Positions 61,146 through 64,000 of a stretch of DNA of 64,000 nt are shown here, piece by piece. The position numbers and the translations under genes were made by a program. Origin of the DNA: Dimorphilus gyrociliatus (lineage: Eukaryota; Animalia; Annelida); contig CAJFCJ010000025.1 of assembly GCA_904063045.1 (NCBI GenBank), positions 868,001 through 932,000 on the forward strand, read 5' to 3'. Position 1 is the stretch's first letter, and the number at the start of each line of letters is the position of its first letter. Under the pieces are notes generated by a model that was not told where the DNA came from, did no database searches, and worked only from the letters and a program-made list of their open reading frames with translations.

Positions 61146-64000
61146 AAAATATATATACTAAACATTTATATACAGTATATACTGTATATATACATTGATG
61201 GTAAAATATTTGCTAAGTGACAGTTATAATGTATAGTCTACCAATGAAAAACTAAGATTCAATGATAATTATACAGCTCAATTGCATGATACAAAAATCC
61301 GTCTATACTAAAAAACGGAAACAGGTTGTCTGAGTTTGATTGGTGCGGTCTTTAACCCTGACTAAAAGAGAGGAGGTCTAAAAGGTTCCAACTTGTTAAA
61401 AGTTATAGAAAAGGGAACTTTTACTATAGAAAAACTATTGAAAGATTAAAAGAATACTGCACAAATAAATCTTAAAGTTTGTTTTTTTAAAGAAACAAAA
61501 AGGAAATAAAAGAAAACACTATCGTAGTGTTGACTATGTTATTATTGAATTTTGACTATACACTTTATCATTAATTTCCAAGTTGTCTCCGACAAGTTAG
61601 AGGTATTTGAACTTTCTTCCAAGCTTACGTCATCGTGCGTTCATTTCAATTCATCATACAGTCGTACCCGATTGAATTTCAACTTTGTAATTTTCACTAT
61701 TTGCTAATGGCGGAAGTTCTTTAGCAATTCCCGGATGAGGTTTCGTATCCGTTTTATCCTCGAAATATACGTTATGTTCTTTAAAGTCCTTTTTCCTTTT
61801 TTAATACTAAATAATCTCTATGTTGGTCATTTATGTTTCCACAATTGTCTTTTATTAGTTTATTCAATTTATAAGCATTTTCCTTTCGTGCTTTATTGTT
61901 AAATTAACGATAAAATGGAAAGATTAGTCATTATCTACATTATATCTAAACCAATGTTATATTTATATGTTTTTTCCTACAATTTTTTCCCTTCCCCAAA
62001 CACTCATTCTATCATAAAAAACATCACAAATTCAATTGCCTACGTTGTCTCTTCCACAGAAACCATTCTTTGCATCTTCTGCAGCAGAAACCCGTTAAGA
62101 TTCTACCAGCTCTTTTGTAACAAATTTAAAGTTTGATAAGAAAATTACGAACACGGAGCATCTTCTCCCATTCGACTTTGTTTTTTTGTTTATTTTCTTC
62201 TCTTCTCTACCTTATTCTACTCTCTTTTTCTCTAATATAATATTTTATTCCACTTTTTCATTTTACTATATTTCTCTTTCTCTCTTTTCCGTCCTTGTCT
62301 TTTCCAATCTCCTCCTTTTTCACCTTCCCCCTTCTCATCTTTCTAATTATGTTAGACTTGCGAATATAATTATTGGGCGCATTGCCAATTGAATAGTTAT
62401 GAAAAGTTGATAAGATTTTAAATTGCATAATTCCCTAAACGGATTATGAAAGAATAGAATATTTAGGCATAGTCTACTAATGACTTTTGATCTGACGTCA
62501 ATAGAGACAGATCATGAGAGATGAAAATGAGAGAATTTACGTCTATTACGTAATCTACGTAGAGATTATCCCTCATCACCTTTTAACCCTAGACTAGTGG
62601 AGTGAGCATATCTAACACGAATATATAAAAAAATAGACGATTGCTAGGAGATAAGTATTTATTTATCCTTTGGCTTTTATAGCAATGTTAAAAATCTAAA
62701 GAGGAAAACCGAGAGAACGAAAAGAATAGGAGATTTATTAAACGAAGCTTTAGTGGTCAGCTTGATCGCCTCTTTCCCAGTCTTAATTTTTGTTCATTAA
62801 AATTCTTTCCTTCTCTTCCTCTCTCTCTCCTTTTTCCCTTTTTCAGCTTTCCCTCGCTATTTCAATTATTCCTTTTGTATACCAATTGTCAATTTTACTT
62901 TTGTTTCTTACTAAAAGTGATTTCACTTAAAGAAACAGGAAAAAAAGATTCTAATTAACTAACCGTTAAAGAAATAATGATAATATTATTCAAAGATTTG
63001 CTTTGAATAAAAAATGAGTGGTTGATTAGCAGAGAATATGAAGTAGCATAGATTATATCGATGGAAACATTAGATAAACCTAAGAAGAGTTTTAGAGAAA
63101 GGAAAAGTGATAAAAATTCAACTCTGTAACGAAAATGATTACAATGGAGATGATGATGATGATGATTATAAAATGGCGAATTTCGTTCTTGTTTGATATA
63201 CTGGAGCACGTTTCTCTTTCCTTTCAATGAACCTCCAGCACGTAGCCTCTTCTTCCTTTACAATCTTTTCATCGTGTTCGCTTTTCTTACGATGGGAGTG
63301 AATCGAAGCAGAATAAATAGGACGCTTTTATCTAACAACGACATAAACCTTATACTTTTCCTTAAATTGGATGCATCCGACTATTTTTATAGAATTTATT
63401 TGACGATCCAAGCAAAAAAGGAAAAAAAACCAAAAACCTAGTTAAATATAGTTTTACCGTTTAAAACGTTAATCCAGGATTCATAGAATTATTACGCAAT
63501 TCTTTACTTAACTAACAATATACAATATAGAAATATATCAAAATTGTATATCATGTCGTATATTTAGCTGCCGAAGCTAAGATTTGGTCTGCATCATCAC
63601 ACTTGGAATTTTATTTAAAATTGGGTAATGGAATCGTTTATACGGATATATATATATATATATACAGTTTATATATATATACATATATATATATACTGTA
63701 CATAGTATATATGTACTTAGGCTATTGTTCAATACATGCTCGCTACATGCATATTTGAAAATTGGATTACATAACAGTAATAAATAATAATTTTTAATTG
63801 ATGAAGGCTTCGTACAGTTTCTAACATTCAAGTCTCCTTTGTTTTTCATCTGTTGTCTGATAGTTTTTGTTTGTTCTTGAATTTGTATACAAACAAATAA
63901 ATAAAGAGCAAAGGAAAGATAAATTCATGAATTGTTTAAAAAAATGGAGAAGAAGAAGAAGAAGAAGAAGAAGAAAGAGAAGAAGAGAATTAAAACAAAA

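Overview
AT-rich, intron-containing animal DNA, most consistent with a compact bilaterian invertebrate genome (inference from short GT-AG introns, TA/GA microsatellites and gene content; I cannot name the species). I reconstructed 10 spliced protein-coding genes by hand. (1) A class A neuropeptide-type GPCR (5572-16845, +) with two possible C-termini. (2-6) A tandem cluster of five highly divergent orphan 7TM receptors (19905-32283) that share one phase-1 intron and lack most class A microswitches. (7) A moody/Tre1/GPR84-like GPCR (35259-37315, +). (8) An SH3BGR-family thioredoxin-fold protein with a roughly 620-aa Lys / Ser-Glu polyampholyte tail built from 16 phase-0 modular exons (37882-41953, -). 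(9) An alkaline ceramidase (43633-44688, -). (10) A pikachurin/EGFLAM-like EGF-LamG extracellular protein with a polybasic insert (46343-58902, -). The non-coding DNA contains many TACAGTA/TACTGTA heptamers (Tc1/mariner-type excision footprints), recurrent CTCF-core motifs, CRE sites, and a perfect 42-bp inverted copy of receptor coding sequence. The best novelty candidates are the SH3BGR-polyampholyte gene and the orphan receptor cluster. No rRNA, tRNA, CRISPR array or intact transposon was recognised. All exon coordinates come from manual splice-site and frame matching, not from RNA data or database searches.
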